Shown one piece after another: positions 11,540 to 24,239 of a stretch of 60,562 nucleotides of DNA. The translations under genes and the position numbers were made by a program. This DNA comes from Octopus bimaculoides (taxonomy: Eukaryota), in NCBI RefSeq assembly GCF_001194135.2, contig NC_068981.1, positions 21,876,758-21,937,319 of the forward strand, given 5' to 3'. Numbering within the stretch: position 1 is the stretch's first letter; each line of letters starts with the position of its first letter. The notes under the pieces are model-generated. The model had not been told where the DNA came from and searched no databases. It was given only the letters and a program-made list of their open reading frames with translations.

Positions 11540-12480
11540 ATATTTTCTAATTACTGTGAAATAGGGTATTTTCTAACTTTAGTGAGTGTATATACTTATA
11601 TACTGAAGTATCGTTTTCCCTCTTTAGGTTGTGAATAGTATGTGTATGTTGGTTGTGTTGGGTTTTGAACTGGTTAACTGTTGACCTCATCATATATGTG
11701 GCTGTGATTGGTATTGTAGTGTTCATGGCTATAGCTGCACTATAGATGATGTTACTTGTGAGACAATTTCCATTAAGATGGAGGGATTTTATAGTTACAG
11801 TTGGTGGCGTTAGGTGTTTAATTTAGTTTTCATATTTTGAAAGGTTTTGGTGATTATAATTGGCCACATTTTTTCAAAGTTGTTAGTTAAGGAGTGTGAT
11901 ATTTTTATGCTGTGTTTGTTTATTAGTTTGTGGTCCTTGTGGTTGAGTGGAAGTGTTTTTGAAGTATTTTGAAAAATAAACTGGCTATTGATAAGGAGAC
12001 TTCTATATTGAAGAAGGGATTGGACCAAATAATTTTGCTTGTGTTTTTTGTTTATTGTTTATTGATACTATTTATATAATGTGCTTTTTCCTGGTAATGC
12101 TGTTATGAAGAGCTTCATTATATGGAATGTAATGATTATTGACTATTTGTTCATTTGAAGCTAAAGAAAGAAGTTTCAGTGATATGTGTTTGATTAAGTT
12201 TTTAAATATAGTTTTAGTATGATTTATAATCATACTTTTGGGCTAGCTACTTACTCTGAACATTTTTGTTTTCTTTTTAAATAGGGTTTATAAATAAAAG
12301 ATTCATAGTCTATGTTAATATTGAGAAAGTTAACTGATTTAAGACATATTGCTACAATAATGGAGAATCCTAGGTTTTGGAAGAAGAGATGTAATTCCTT
12401 CCCAATTAGTCAGTTTTTTGTGGGTTGAAGTTTCTTGGGAGGCATAGAGCATCATCTCTGCAGAGACCACCCAAAACAAA
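11540..12480 (-). mobile_element. Decayed Penelope-like element (RT C-terminus plus GIY-YIG endonuclease)
   Basis: GLCRDD (YRDD-like), VNFLN, YKPY, IKIS and LNGNCLTSNIIY motifs interrupted by stops and frameshifts. Confidence 0.75.
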
Positions 12481-13286
12481 GGGAACTTTTATGTGTGGTG
12501 CTGATGATATATATATATGGGCCAGCAATATTGCTTACCTCACTGGAGTCCTTTGATCCCATGATAATATCAAATGGTTCCTTATAAGTTTTCTTAGAAG
12601 GTATTTCCTGACTTGTGGTATTACTTCTGTTTCAGTGTCATTGATGGTTGCTATTATTTTGGAAATGTTCAAAGTGGCTGTAAGTATTGGTATTGCAATG
12701 TAATAACCTTTCATGTTGCACTGTATGTGTATATACACCCAGAATACACTACACTGTAAAGTGTAGAACGTTAGGAAGGATATCCAGCTGTAGAAAACCA
12801 TGCCAAAGGTGACATTCAAGCTCAGCGTCAACCTGTAGCTTGCCAGATCCTATCAAACTGTTTAAGCTGTGCCAGCGAGGAAAATGTATGTTAAATGGTG
12901 GTGGTGGTGTTGGTGGTGGTGGTGGTGGTGGTGGTGGTTTCTGTGGTGGAAGTGATGGTGATGATGATGATAATATTGACATAGAAAGTTATAAGATTAA
13001 ACCTGGTCAATCACATAACATTGTACCTCTGGGTAAGTACAAATCAACTGAGAGAATAATAGTATTACTTGAGTCATTATAGAGTGCTTAACAGAACCAC
13101 ACTATGAATGATCAATGGTAGAACCTACAGCATTTAGTTACCAAACCTCCTCGATACACATATACTTTATAGAGAGCCATAGTAGCGAGCTGTTGTATAA
13201 TTGCGCAACTTTTGAGGAAACTTAAGTGAGTATGTAGTGCAACTTAAATTATCATGAATTTGTATTTTAAAATAGATTTTACCGAC

Positions 13287-13402
13287 CTTCATTTATTTCT
13301 TGAATATCTCGTAGTTGTTCTTGATATAAGCATTCTATATAGTCTGTGAGTGTAGAAGATAGACTATATTTTCTGATTTCAGTATGCAAATAAGCTATTT
13401 TC
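13287..13402 (-). CDS. RGSL1: RGSL1-like exon (KIAYLHTEIRKYSLSSTLTDYIECLYQEQLRDIQEINE-E)
   Basis: acattcttag| acceptor, AAG|GTCGGT donor, open frame, phase 2 to 1 fits both neighbours. Confidence 0.8.
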
Positions 13403-15056
13403 CTAAGAATGTTACTAGAATTGTCTAAAAACCAGAGAAAAAAAAAATAATGGAATGAAAAAGAAAACTAGTGATATGAAAAAGATATTTCGGCGAGAAC
13501 ATTGATAAATGAATGTTTTGAAATATCTAAAAGATGAACGGAAAGGTATTTAATTCTATTGTGTAATGTAATAATAAATATTGAGTTTGATCCAATAAAC
13601 AACAGATTAGCTTTCATTTGTGGCTTTTCTTTTCCTTGTTTCAGTCACTGGGTTGTGACCATACTGGAGTAGAACCTTGAAGAGTTTAATTGAACAAATC
13701 GATCCCACTAATTATTATTTTAAGTCTCTTATTTATACTGAATCACTAAATTATGTGGATATTAACAAACCAACACTATTTATCCGGTAGCAGTGGGTGG
13801 GGGCAAACAAAAACACAAAGATACACACACACACACACACACGCACACACACACATACACACACATATAATATATATATGTTGCTGTTGTCTGTTCCTTC
13901 TTGAGCCATGCCTGGCTCATAAGGGCTGGTTTCCCAGTTTTATTGGTGTATAGGTTCCCCACCTGGATGGGATGCCAGTCAATTGTAGGCGAGCTGCTAG
14001 ATGTAGGAGGAAAGAGTGAGAGAAAGTTGTGGCAAAAGAGTCAGCAGAAATTTGCCATTACCTTCTGCCAGCGCAGCATGGAGCTTTGGTGCTTTGTTCA
14101 TAAACACACACACACATCACCTGGTCTGAGATTCAAACCTGTGATCCCTCAACTGCGAGTCCACTGCTTTAACTACAAGGCCATATACCTCCACTGTATA
14201 TGTGTGAGTGTTATGCATGTGTGTATGAGCTGAATCATTGGTGTAATTATGATGTTCAAGTGATCTGATGAGCCAGCTTTCTTTATTTGCATAGATTTGT
14301 GAATATACAACTGTATTGTATAATGCATAGCATGCACACTAATGCAAACATGTAAACATAATTGTTACTACAGGAAGAAGGCTGCGAAATGGCTGTAATT
14401 CTAAGGATATCAAGTAGTTAAATAAATATATTCATCTCTCATATCTTCTGATTTTTTATGTTATATATATACTGCTCATGAAGTAATCGATTGGATTACC
14501 TGGATTCTAGCTATGTGGACACCCTGCACCACACTTCTCTGTATATGATTACATTGTGGTCAGATAACCAACACCATTGGAGGAGCTTTCTGGGATAGCC
14601 ACATAATTGTCTGAATCTACATTATATACTAAAAATTCACACACACACACACACATACACACACATACATAAAACACAGGCTTCCACATGATTAATGTCT
14701 ACCAAATTCACCTGCAAGGCATTAGTTATTCTAGGGTTATAGTAAAAGCCTAAAGTGACATGCAATAAGACAGAACTTGAAATCACCACATGGCTGCAAA
14801 GCAAGCTTCTAAACCACATATTAAGTTGCTTTGAGAAAATTTTAATTATATTTGAATAATTAATAATTGAATTACGTTCAATTCTTTTTTTTTTCTCTAT
14901 TATTTGCTGGGTCTGAAGGAAGAAACAATACCCATGGCTTTTGCAAGCAGTGAGACTGAGCCATTTATATTCTGAACCTTTGCAATAAATCAAAATAATG
15001 TCATCTGTACCTTAATCCCTAAGTTTGATACCCATAACACTAATCACAACACTTGT

Positions 15057-15300
15057 GAAGGCACGTGGCTAAGTGGTTAAGGTGTTGGACTTATGATAGT
15101 AAGATTGTGGTTTTGATTCCTGAACCAAGCGGCATGTTGTGTTCTTGAGCAAAACACTTCAGTTCACGTTACTCCAGTCCACTCAGCTGGTAAAAATGAA
15201 TAATCCTGTGACGGATCAGCACCTCATCCAGGTGAGGAATTTATAAGCCATGGAAACTAGGAAACCGGTACTTATGATTTGACATGACACAAGAAGGTAA
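15057..15300 (+). mobile_element. tRNA-derived SINE, family 3 (another copy at 29777-30095)
   Basis: A box tggctaagtggtt, degenerate B box, shared body tgtgttcttgagcaa..cact. Confidence 0.65.
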
Positions 15301-15822
15301 CCTTTTACTAATTCAATGCTAATGTTTATCTTAAACACAATTCTAATGCCATACACTTTAATATCAACATTATGTGTAGGTATGATATCTGTACAGATGA
15401 ATTTAATATATGTTCTAGGTAAAAAAACTCAGGTAATAAAATGGGTAAAGCAAGGGTCAAGAACAACATTATACACTGAGGTGTAAAAGCAACACCTTGA
15501 CAATAAACACTACATTACTAGAAGTTATAAAATGCTAAAAAACTCATTTTTTTCTTTCCCACAATCAAAGCAACAACTTCACTTTCTCTATTTCCCACCT
15601 CTCAGATGATAGGCAAGGTCCCCAGAATGTTAGATTATATGTGTTCATGGCAACTGAGCTTATCAAACTCTTCTATGATCTCTCCTATGAACTAATTTGT
15701 GCCAACATAGATCATTACCAAGTTTCCTTGAATTCCAGGTTTTACCCCAACATACATGAAAGGTCACTGACTGAACCTTTATAGAAAGGTCAACAAATCC
15801 TTTATGACAAATCTTAATTTAC

Positions 15823-15936
15823 CAACTTTTCTTCCATGCTCTTTTGAAGGACATTAGGAGTTCAAATTTTGGATACTTCAGAGATTGTTCGAATGAAGTT
15901 TTGGTTTGGTAGAAACTTTCTTCATATTTCTTGAAC
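15823..15936 (-). CDS. RGSL1: RGSL1-like exon (FKKYEESFYQTKTSFEQSLKYPKFELLMSFKRAWKKS-W)
   Basis: tttgatcag| acceptor, TG|GTAAAT donor, phase 2 to 2. Completes the WFKxY end of the RGS domain. Confidence 0.85.
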
Positions 15937-16125
15937 CTGATCAAACAGAAACCAATATTACAAGCATAGTCTCAGATCATAAAACTGGCGGTAAATTAAA
16001 TTGAAATAAAAATTCAATCTCTACTGAAATCTACCAGTTTTAATTAAAACAATAAATGTAGTCAAATTTAAATCAGACAAGGTGTAGAACACCACCATAC
16101 TTTAATGTGGGTTCACTAATCTTAC

Positions 16126-16243
16126 CAGTTATTTTCTAAGGCTTTAAGGACTATAGGGTAGGCTGCTTTCAAGAATGGTGCAGTCACATGTTCAGTTGCA
16201 GACAATAGATCAATTATTCTGTCCGAGCACTGCAAGGCATTAC
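16126..16243 (-). CDS. RGSL1: RGSL1-like exon (G-NALQCSDRIIDLLSATEHVTAPFLKAAYPIVLKALENN-W)
   Basis: cattttacag| acceptor, TG|GTAAGA donor, phase 1 to 2 fits both neighbours. LQC and HVT motifs as in RGSL1. Confidence 0.88.
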
Positions 16244-16479
16244 CTGTAAAATGATAATAACAAAGAGCTGTCTAAGCCTTTTAAAGGTTTGTTTTTATCA
16301 AGGTGATGCCTTAGCATGGCCACAGCCTCATGACTAAAACATATAAAGAATAAAAAAGCAAATGATGCCAGAAAGGCAGAGAGAGAGAGATACACATTGG
16401 GAAATATTACTGCCATAAGTAAAAAACTATTTTTGTAACTAATTTTTCTCGGTTTATCTTTCTTGGAGTGGTAGTGTGT

Positions 16480-16980
16480 TGAGAGAAAGGTTAGACATAA
16501 GAGAAATTAGATACAGTGTGCAAGAGAGAAAACTGCATTGGTTTGGTCATGTGATGCAGATGGATGTTGACAGCTTTATAAAGAAGTGCTGATCACTCAA
16601 AGTGGATGGAACTTGTGGAAAAGGGAAACCTAGGAAGACATGGGGCAAAATACAGAAGGACGATCTCAGGACACTGAATCTCATGGAGGAGATGACAAAG
16701 AACTGAGATATCTTGCACCTTGCTGGACTCAAGAAGACCCATCCTCCACAGTAAAAATATTAATACCAATCCTCCTGATGAAGAAGACTGATCTGCAAGA
16801 GCCCTGTGCCAGTGCCACCTAAAAAGCACTCCTTCTGGCACCATGTAAAATGTATCCATGCGACATTTATGACATTTGCAATGTCAAGTCCTTGCAAGGA
16901 TCAGAATGCTGGACAGACCACAGTCTGGTGCGAGCAAAGTTCCAAATGGTGATTAGGGCGAAAAAGAGAAGAGGACCAGC
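16480..16980 (+). mobile_element. RTE LINE fragments (RT 3' end, then AP-endonuclease C-terminus)
   Basis: LHWFGHVMQM...GKPRKTW; SECWTDHSLVRAKF. Confidence 0.7.
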
Positions 16981-16983
16981 CAT

Positions 16984-17024
<41 letters not shown>

Positions 17025-17134
17025 NNNNNNNNNNNNNNNNNNNNNNNNNNNNNNNNNNNNNNNNNNNNNNNNNNNNNNNNNNNNNNNNNNNNNNNNNNNN
17101 NNNNNNNNNNNNNNNNNNNNNNNNNNNNNNNNNN

Positions 17135-17193
<59 letters not shown>

Positions 17194-18706
17194 TATATAC
17201 ATGCATATCTGTTTTCCGCACAGAAAAAGTAACCGTTTGTTACCAGAAATTAAACTGCTGTCATAATTACAATCCAGTGCTAATTAGGTCACCTAGATAA
17301 CAAAATTACCTCTTACTTTCCAGCAAGTCAGCAAGTAGTTTATGAACTTTCATTCACCTCTCCCTCTTTCCTGCCAACTACTTCTGCATATCTAATTAGT
17401 GCATACAAAATCCTTGTTGTTAGTCTGTTAAAAAGTCCACTGAATTTTTTTGTGTATCCTTTTCTTATTACACATTAACTTACAACTAACTCTATTCTGA
17501 GCTACACAACTTCCACATAGATTCAGACAGCTGTGTGGATAAGAAGCTTTCTTCACAATTCTTGGTTTTAAATTCACTCCTATGTGCAGCAATTTAAGCA
17601 AATATCTTTTACTATGTGTCACTCAAAGATTTCTGAATGAAATTTGGACAGAAAATGTGTGAAAGCCTGTGCCAGAAGGAATGTTCCAGTTCTTGTAGGG
17701 TTGATTTAATCCTTTGACATTTAAACTGACCATATCTGGCCCAAATATTCCACCTGTTTTATGCTCAAGCCAGCTAGATCTGGCCCCTCACATCATCACC
17801 AACATTTAATGTCTATTGTCCATGTTGGCATGGGTCTATCCTACAATATCATTCTAAAGATATATAATCATATCATCAAAATTTCAAAGCTATGAGATAT
17901 TCAAAACAATGTGAATAAATAAACTGTACATGTGGCAGAGTAATCTGAATACTAAAGGGTTAAAACCATTAACTGGCCCTTTGGTACCTTTAGTGTTGTA
18001 AGCATTTGGACCAGTCACCAGTTTAAGGATAATTTTGTCTTACCAGTCTCAGAGGCTGCCCTTCTCCCCATGGCTGCTGCCAACACCACCACCACTTCTA
18101 TCATCATTAAGCAATGTTTGTATTCCATGCTGGCATAGGTTGAATGGTTTAGCAGTATTCAATAAATCAGAGGACTGCATTATTTTTTGATCATCATTTA
18201 GTGTCAGCTTTCTATGCTGGCATGGGTTGGACAGCTTGACTGAAAGTGGTAAGCTGGAGAGGTGCACAAGGTTCCAAACTGATTTGGCATGGTTTCTATG
18301 GCTGGATGCCCCTTCCTGATGCCAACCACTCCAAGATCCAAGAGTATAATGAGTGCTTTTTATGTGCCACCAGTACAGGTGCCAGTTACATGACACCAGC
18401 ATTGGCCACAACTAGGATTCCACTTGCTTTGATGAGTCTTCTCAAGCATGGCATATCACCAATGGGTCTTGGTCACTTATCATTTTCGTGAGACCCAATG
18501 TCTGCCATAATTAAAAAAAAAAGGAAAAAAATGTCAATAATGAGGGTTTGTGTTTTCTTTTTCTACCTAGCATTTTGCTTTTTGACATGTTGACGTTTTT
18601 TTATTTTTATTAATTTTAGTTTTGGAATTCCTTTTAGTGGTTCTTTGATGTATTCAACTATCAATCAATACAAATACCAATAATGAATGATTAAAAAAAA
18701 CCTTAC

Positions 18707-18891
18707 CGTTTCCAGTTCTAAAAAATTTCTTCCAAATTTGGTTAACTCTGTATTGTTGAAACGTTTTGTCTCGTATCTTGTTTATGTCAGAAACCATATC
18801 AAGGAACTGTAGTGGTTCAACAGATCTATTTTTCAAGAGAAACCTGCGAAAATCTTCTTTATATAGTTTGCTAAACACCTCCCTAAAGTAC
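18707..18891 (-). CDS. RGSL1: RGSL1-like exon, first RGS-like domain (YFREVFSKLYKEDFRRFLLKNRSVEPLQFLDMVSDINKIRDKTFQQYRVNQIWKKFFRTGN)
   Basis: ttactttcag| acceptor, G|GTAAGG donor, 185 nt open frame, phase 2 to 1. FRxFL...PLQFL pattern recalled from the RGS domain of RGSL1. Confidence 0.88.
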
Positions 18892-18950
18892 CTGAAAGTA
18901 ACAATAGCCAGATGTTAGCACTGTTATTCTTATCCATCACAATGGCAATA

Positions 18951-19523
18951 TCAAGGTTAGCTAAAAAGTTCACAGGTTAACTATGAAGGAGTTATACTAG
19001 AGGTGGGAAATTTTGCATGCATAAATTTCAACCCTTTAACTATATTATTTCTTTCCAGGTAAACTGACATCTGACCGCTCATAGAAAACTTCAAAAGTAA
19101 CTGGTAGCATCTTCTTTTGAAAAGTGACAAAATTTGGAGTTTTGGTATTATCAAGTACCTCCAGAAAAAGGGTTTAACCTCCAAGAACATTCATGTTGAC
19201 ATGGTCGCTACATTAGGGGATGATGCTTCAGCTTTATCAACAGTGCAAAAGTGGGCAGCTGAATTTAGGAGGGGAAAGGAGGGTCTTGAAGATGACCCAT
19301 GGTCTGGATGTCCTGCAACTGCCATCAATGAGGAATATATTAGTCATGTCCACCACATGGTGATGGATGGCAGGTGATTGATTATAAATCAATTAGCTAA
19401 TGCTATTAGCATATGCTGTGAAAGAGTTGAGAAAATTCTGCACAACGAACTTGGCATGATGAAGATTTCTGTTCAGCAGTGAGAGTATCTTGGTCAGCCT
19501 ATGAACTTTTCAGCCAACCCTAG
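18951..19523 (+). mobile_element. Internally deleted mariner, same family as 57299-58555
   Basis: TIRs (caaggttagctaaaaagttca / tgaacttttcagccaaccctag), TA flanks, N-terminal transposase relic TVQKWAAEFRRG..LEDDPWSG.P. Confidence 0.8.
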
Positions 19524-19657
19524 TATCTGAGTTTTTAACTGATTCTAACTGTCATGAAATGAATGATGGTAACATCGAAAGCAATATATATAGAATGTAA
19601 TTCTTTGATTAGTCTTCTTATAGGTTCAAAATAAATCTACAGAAAGAAAACACTTAC

Positions 19658-19701
19658 GTTGGGGGTACTTTTGGTCTTGCTCTTCTCACTGGTATGGACA
19701 T
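19658..19701 (-). CDS. RGSL1: RGSL1-like gene, probable first coding segment (MSIPVRRARPKVPP-T); the exon as a whole is 19778-19658
   Basis: Acceptor ttattgcag| at 19779, strong donor AC|GTAAGT at 19657. Phase 2 joins the next exon as PPT-YFREV. In-frame TGA at 19710-19708, two codons before the ATG at 19701. Confidence 0.6.
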
Positions 19702-20182
19702 ATCTTGTCATGTTCTTTGTTTTATTACAGGACAGTAAAAATCATTGGAAAACCAGTTCCATTTTGAGTTAAAATGTACTGCAATAAATTATTAAATAAA
19801 AATACCTTTAATCTCAGGTATGTTATTCAGTGAATAAATCATTATTTGGCAAAGAAATTTCACATGATAGAAGAAAATAGTTACACATTATAATACACAT
19901 CATCATCATCATCATCATCATCACTATCACCCTCATTATTTAATGCCCATCACTTTCTATGCTGTTATGGGTTAGATGGTTTGACAGGATCCAACAAGCT
20001 GCAGGACCGCATTGAGCTCCAATGTTATCTTTGTTATGATTTTTACTAATACACAACTTAAAATAATGTTTCAATAAAAAGAATATGGGTTTCAATGGGG
20101 CTAAAATAACATTAAGCAGAATTTGATGAAGTTTAGGAAAATCCAGTTGAAACTAACTTTAAGAGGATTGTTAATCAAACTT

Positions 20183-20580
20183 GCAGGAGTGGCTGTGTGG
20201 TAAGTAGCTTGCTTACCAACCACATGGTTCTGGGTTCAGTCCCACTGCGTGGCACCTTGGGCAAGTGTCTTCTACTATAGCCTTGGGCCGACCAAAGCCT
20301 TGTGAGTGGATTTGGTAGACGGAAACTGAAAGAAGCCCATCGTATATATGTGTATGTATATATATATGTGTGTTTGTGTGTCTGTGTTTGTCCCCCCACC
20401 ATCGCTTGACAACCGATGGTGGTGTGTTTACATCCCTGTAACTTAGTGGTTCAGCAAAAGAGACCGATAGAATAAGTACTAGGCTTTCAAAGAATAAGTC
20501 CTGGAGTCAATTTGCTTGACTAAAGGCGGTGCTCCAGCATGGCTGCAGTCAAATGACTGAAACAAGTAAAAGAGTAAAGA
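20183..20580 (+). mobile_element. tRNA-derived CORE-like SINE, near full length (other copies about 11085-11230, 14670-14822(-), 34770-34925(-), 36588-36730, 39360-39790, 45615-45760, 51755-52143, 54235-54400)
   Basis: A box tggctgtgtggt, B box ggttcagtccc, ccttgggcaagt core, internal (TG)n, aaacaagtaaaaga tail. Confidence 0.8.
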
Positions 20581-20819
20581 GCAAAGAGTAAGTCTTAACA
20601 CAAGTAGCTGACACACATGACTCATTGCTTCTTCACCTATTGTACAGATACAAACATTAGTAATGTTTAGTTTCATAATAAAATCTTAATACACACTAAA
20701 AAATGGTACACTTTGCTTGGGTGGTCAATATGGCATTTCAGTGATGATTACTTTCATAGATGTGCACATACTTTGCAAAGAAAGAAAATTTGTGCATATT
20801 AAATTCTAAAAGCCCACCT

Positions 20820-21330
20820 CTTTCACTTCTTTTCCCAAATATAAATAACAGAAATTGCTGCTCTCCACCCACATTATCTCCCCACCTACACACTGAATCA
20901 ATTTACTTCCCATCATACACTATGCTTGTACCCTGCCCACACACAACTGGCTCCTGCAGACTACCCAACTATGTTAGCTCTTTTGCTCTCCCCACGTCAC
21001 ATTTATCATCATTACTATCCTGGCATTCACTCACCCTGTATTCCCATGCTCTATCTTTCCCAGCCCACGATCCATTGATCATCCACCTTCAACCCTACCC
21101 AATTTTCACAGTTTCAATCTACTGCCCTTGTCCACCCACCCCTACAATCTTGCAAATCACTCACGTTGTGCCTTGAGAGAGTACCTGGGCACCTCATCAC
21201 TACCGTCTGTCTCTTTGCAGCTCCTACCGATTGTTTCTCTATTATCTTTCTCTTCCCTACTAAATGTAAGTAGCCATGCAGATCCTCTACAAGAAACTGT
21301 TCTGACAACTGCCCCTTCTCTCATACTCTA
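20820..21330 (-). mobile_element. Possible Penelope-like 3' relic (GIY-YIG C-terminus)
   Basis: RQTVVMRCPGTLSRHNVS resembles LGTL.P.G.N; weak. Confidence 0.3.
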
Positions 21331-21778
21331 ATCCCTTGTCCTCTTGCACAAAGCTGACCCTCACCCCCACCTCCCTTAGCGTTCATTGTCCTGCAAGTTG
21401 CATGGTGACTTCAAGAGTGCTGATGGAATGGAAAAAGCACCCAGTATAGTGATTGGCATTAGGAAGAGCATCCATCCAACTCCAGAACCCTTGCCAAAGC
21501 AGACACGGAGCTTGATGCAGTCCTCAGACTCAACAGATCCTGCCAATCAGTTCGACCTTTGTCAGCAAGGAACATGGACATTGAATGATGATGCCAACCC
21601 ATGCTAACATGGAAATGATGACAACGACGATGATGATATATAGATTATTATGGTATGTGTGTGGAGGGTTTACTTAAGAAGTACTTAATGGAATTGAAGC
21701 TGGTCACTAAAATGACTTTTTGAGTTAAGACAGTTTGCAGGGTTTGTAAATATTTGATTTAGTGTGTGCACATAAGTA

Positions 21779-22497
21779 CAGGGTGGTCCAAAAGTCTTGT
21801 AACCCCCAACATATTGTTTACTATTGTCATTATTATCATTATTTTTTGTTTTAGCACAACCCCCTGCCCACATGTAAGGATTTGGGCTGCCATATTGAGT
21901 AAGCACTTGATAGGACCCTATTTCTTTGAGGGCACTGTTAACTGGCAATCTTACTTGGCCATGTTAAGGGAGTGGTTTGTTCCACAGCTCCAGAGGTTGA
22001 ATGTTGACCTGAATTATTGTTGGTTTCAAAAAGATGGTGTTCCACCCCACTATGCTATCACTATCCAGGAATACCTAAATGAAGTTTTTCAGGACAGATG
22101 ATGGATAGGGTGAGGATCACAACAACGTCCAGCACCTATCAATCGGCCTCCCAGAAATTCAGACTTCATGTCTCATGGTAACGCTCTGTGGGGTATTATC
22201 AAGGAGAGAGTTTCACATGAATGATACCAGAATCCCCATCAATTGAAGGACGCTGTTCAGAGAGCCCTTGCAATAATCACCAAAGCACAGCTTCGAAAAA
22301 TATCACACAGGACATGGTACCACATCATTTTGTGCCACAAAAATGGTGGTGTTCATACAGGCCTTCTCGATGTGTGACAGCAGCAATGAAAGTGAATGAA
22401 CTAAATGGAGTTCATGCTTTGGATTACTGCATTACTTGATCTTCTATTCTTCTCATTACTTTTTGGCAGGGGTTAACAAGACTTTCAGACTACTCTG
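21779..22497 (+). mobile_element. Internally deleted Tc1/mariner element
   Basis: TIRs cagggtggtccaaaagtcttg / caagactttcagactactctg with TA flanks; IGPYFF, WFQKDG.PPH and PP..SD..LWG..K motifs. Confidence 0.85.
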
Positions 22498-22679
22498 TAC
22501 ATGCCTGCACTTATGTTCTGTAAGTATGTGTTTTTAGTATTTAGGTGTTTGTGTGTGTGTATATGGATTACTACTTTTTACATGTGTCTTTGTGAATGTA
22601 CAGAACCAAGTGTATGCATATATTCATTTAAAGAATCTTTTATGGAAAAGGGACATCCTATGAGACGATCTAGATGAGA

Positions 22680-23010
22680 TGATTTATGGAGAATCTTTGA
22701 AATGTCTTACAAATTTTCACAGTGCTACTACTAACAGAATGGATTTGGGGAATACATGTCAGTTTCTTTTGCTCTTTGTTAGAAAAATACTTGCATTTCT
22801 AGGTTTTTGTGCCAATCCTTAGCTACATAACCCTGTACACCATCGATGAGAGATACAAATGAGAATTTATAGCTTGGGTTCAGGAGCTGTAAGTTCTTCA
22901 TTAGTTCACCATAAATGTTCACGTTTTCTGAACTTTTGATGGTACGTTCACATCAGCTGGGCAGCATGATTTCTGTTTCCTGACCCACAGAACAATATCA
23001 GGGTCTCGTG
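22680..23010 (-). mobile_element. RLE-type non-LTR retrotransposon 3' fragment (distinct from the Dong-like copies)
   Basis: DPDIVLW...DVNV...NIYGELMKNLQLLNPSYKF...TVKICKTF with frameshifts. Confidence 0.6.
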
Positions 23011-24239
23011 TGTTCGTACTGGATAGCTGTTTTTATTTTATTTTATTTGATGATTTTTAATTGAATATTCTACCAATATTCCTTGATTTTAAAGGTGTAA
23101 ATATTTTGTGGTTCTGGCATACTTTTGAAATATTAAACAGAGTAATCCTTCCTGCGGATAACATTGTAAATCGTTTTTCCTATTATATCATGTCTTAGTG
23201 TAGGAGTTAACATACATACGTACGCACGTATGTTTATAAGTATGTCAGTTTAAAACATGCCGAGGTTTATCCGTGGAAAAAAAATAAGAGAAAAAAGGGG
23301 AAGAAGAAAAGAACAGAAAAATGATGACGAAAAGTTTATGTAATTGATTGCTTAAAGACCCGATTTATCATGGCCTAACCAATGCACCCGTTTCTCCTCT
23401 CGTTCTCCCTACCGATGTTAATAGTGAACATCAGTAGGATTGTGATCTTGTTTTAAGTCATGGAGATGGAACCGTTCCTTTCTCTATAACACGACGAAGT
23501 ACTGTGTAATGTGTGTGTCTATATGAAAAATATTTATGAAAATATGCATAATTATTGCCACTATCCACACAAGTTGACATTCCCATAAACAACCTTGTCA
23601 ATAGACGACACCACATCAGTGACTCGCAATTGATTAATTGTTGGTCAGACTCTTAATGATATTCAATATCACTGTGAAAGCTCCTCAACTCAGTTACCCT
23701 CATTTGAGTGAAGAAAAAAATTAACTCCGACTTTTCCCTGGGAAAAGACTGACTCCTATACACGTTAAAGACTGACTCTAATACACGTTATTTATCGTTC
23801 AAATGAAGACATAGGCAAACGCTTATAAAAACGGACCAGAAAAATGTTTTGAATAAACCTAAAATTTACAAAATGTACCTCGATGTTATTCTGATGTTTA
23901 AGAATGTTCCATGTTCTATGTTCAGTTGTTTGAATTTATGTAATTTCAAGGTAATAAGATTTGTTTCACTAAGATACACTTTATTCCGTCGCTTTGAGTA
24001 AAATAATTTTGACTGAATATTTGCTCGCGTGAAACGCTTGTAGTGAAACGGCGATGGCTAAGTTGAGTTCATAACAGAGCAATAATGGGCAAATCAAGGC
24101 TTTAATAAGATTAAAAAGGCATTCAATAACTGACGATTTTTCATATTGCAGCCGCAAACACAAAAGAAGAAAATACAAACAGAAACCAGAATAACAGTAA
24201 ACCATATAAACACGCATCATTACATTTTCTTAATAAACA

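Noticed and set aside
19708-19710. Selenocysteine codon
   Set aside because: No SECIS recognised near the gene's 3' end, and RGS-like proteins are not known selenoproteins.
20183-20260. tRNA gene
   Set aside because: A and B boxes are present, but there is no cloverleaf and the sequence continues into a repeated SINE body. The same holds for all other tRNA-like heads.
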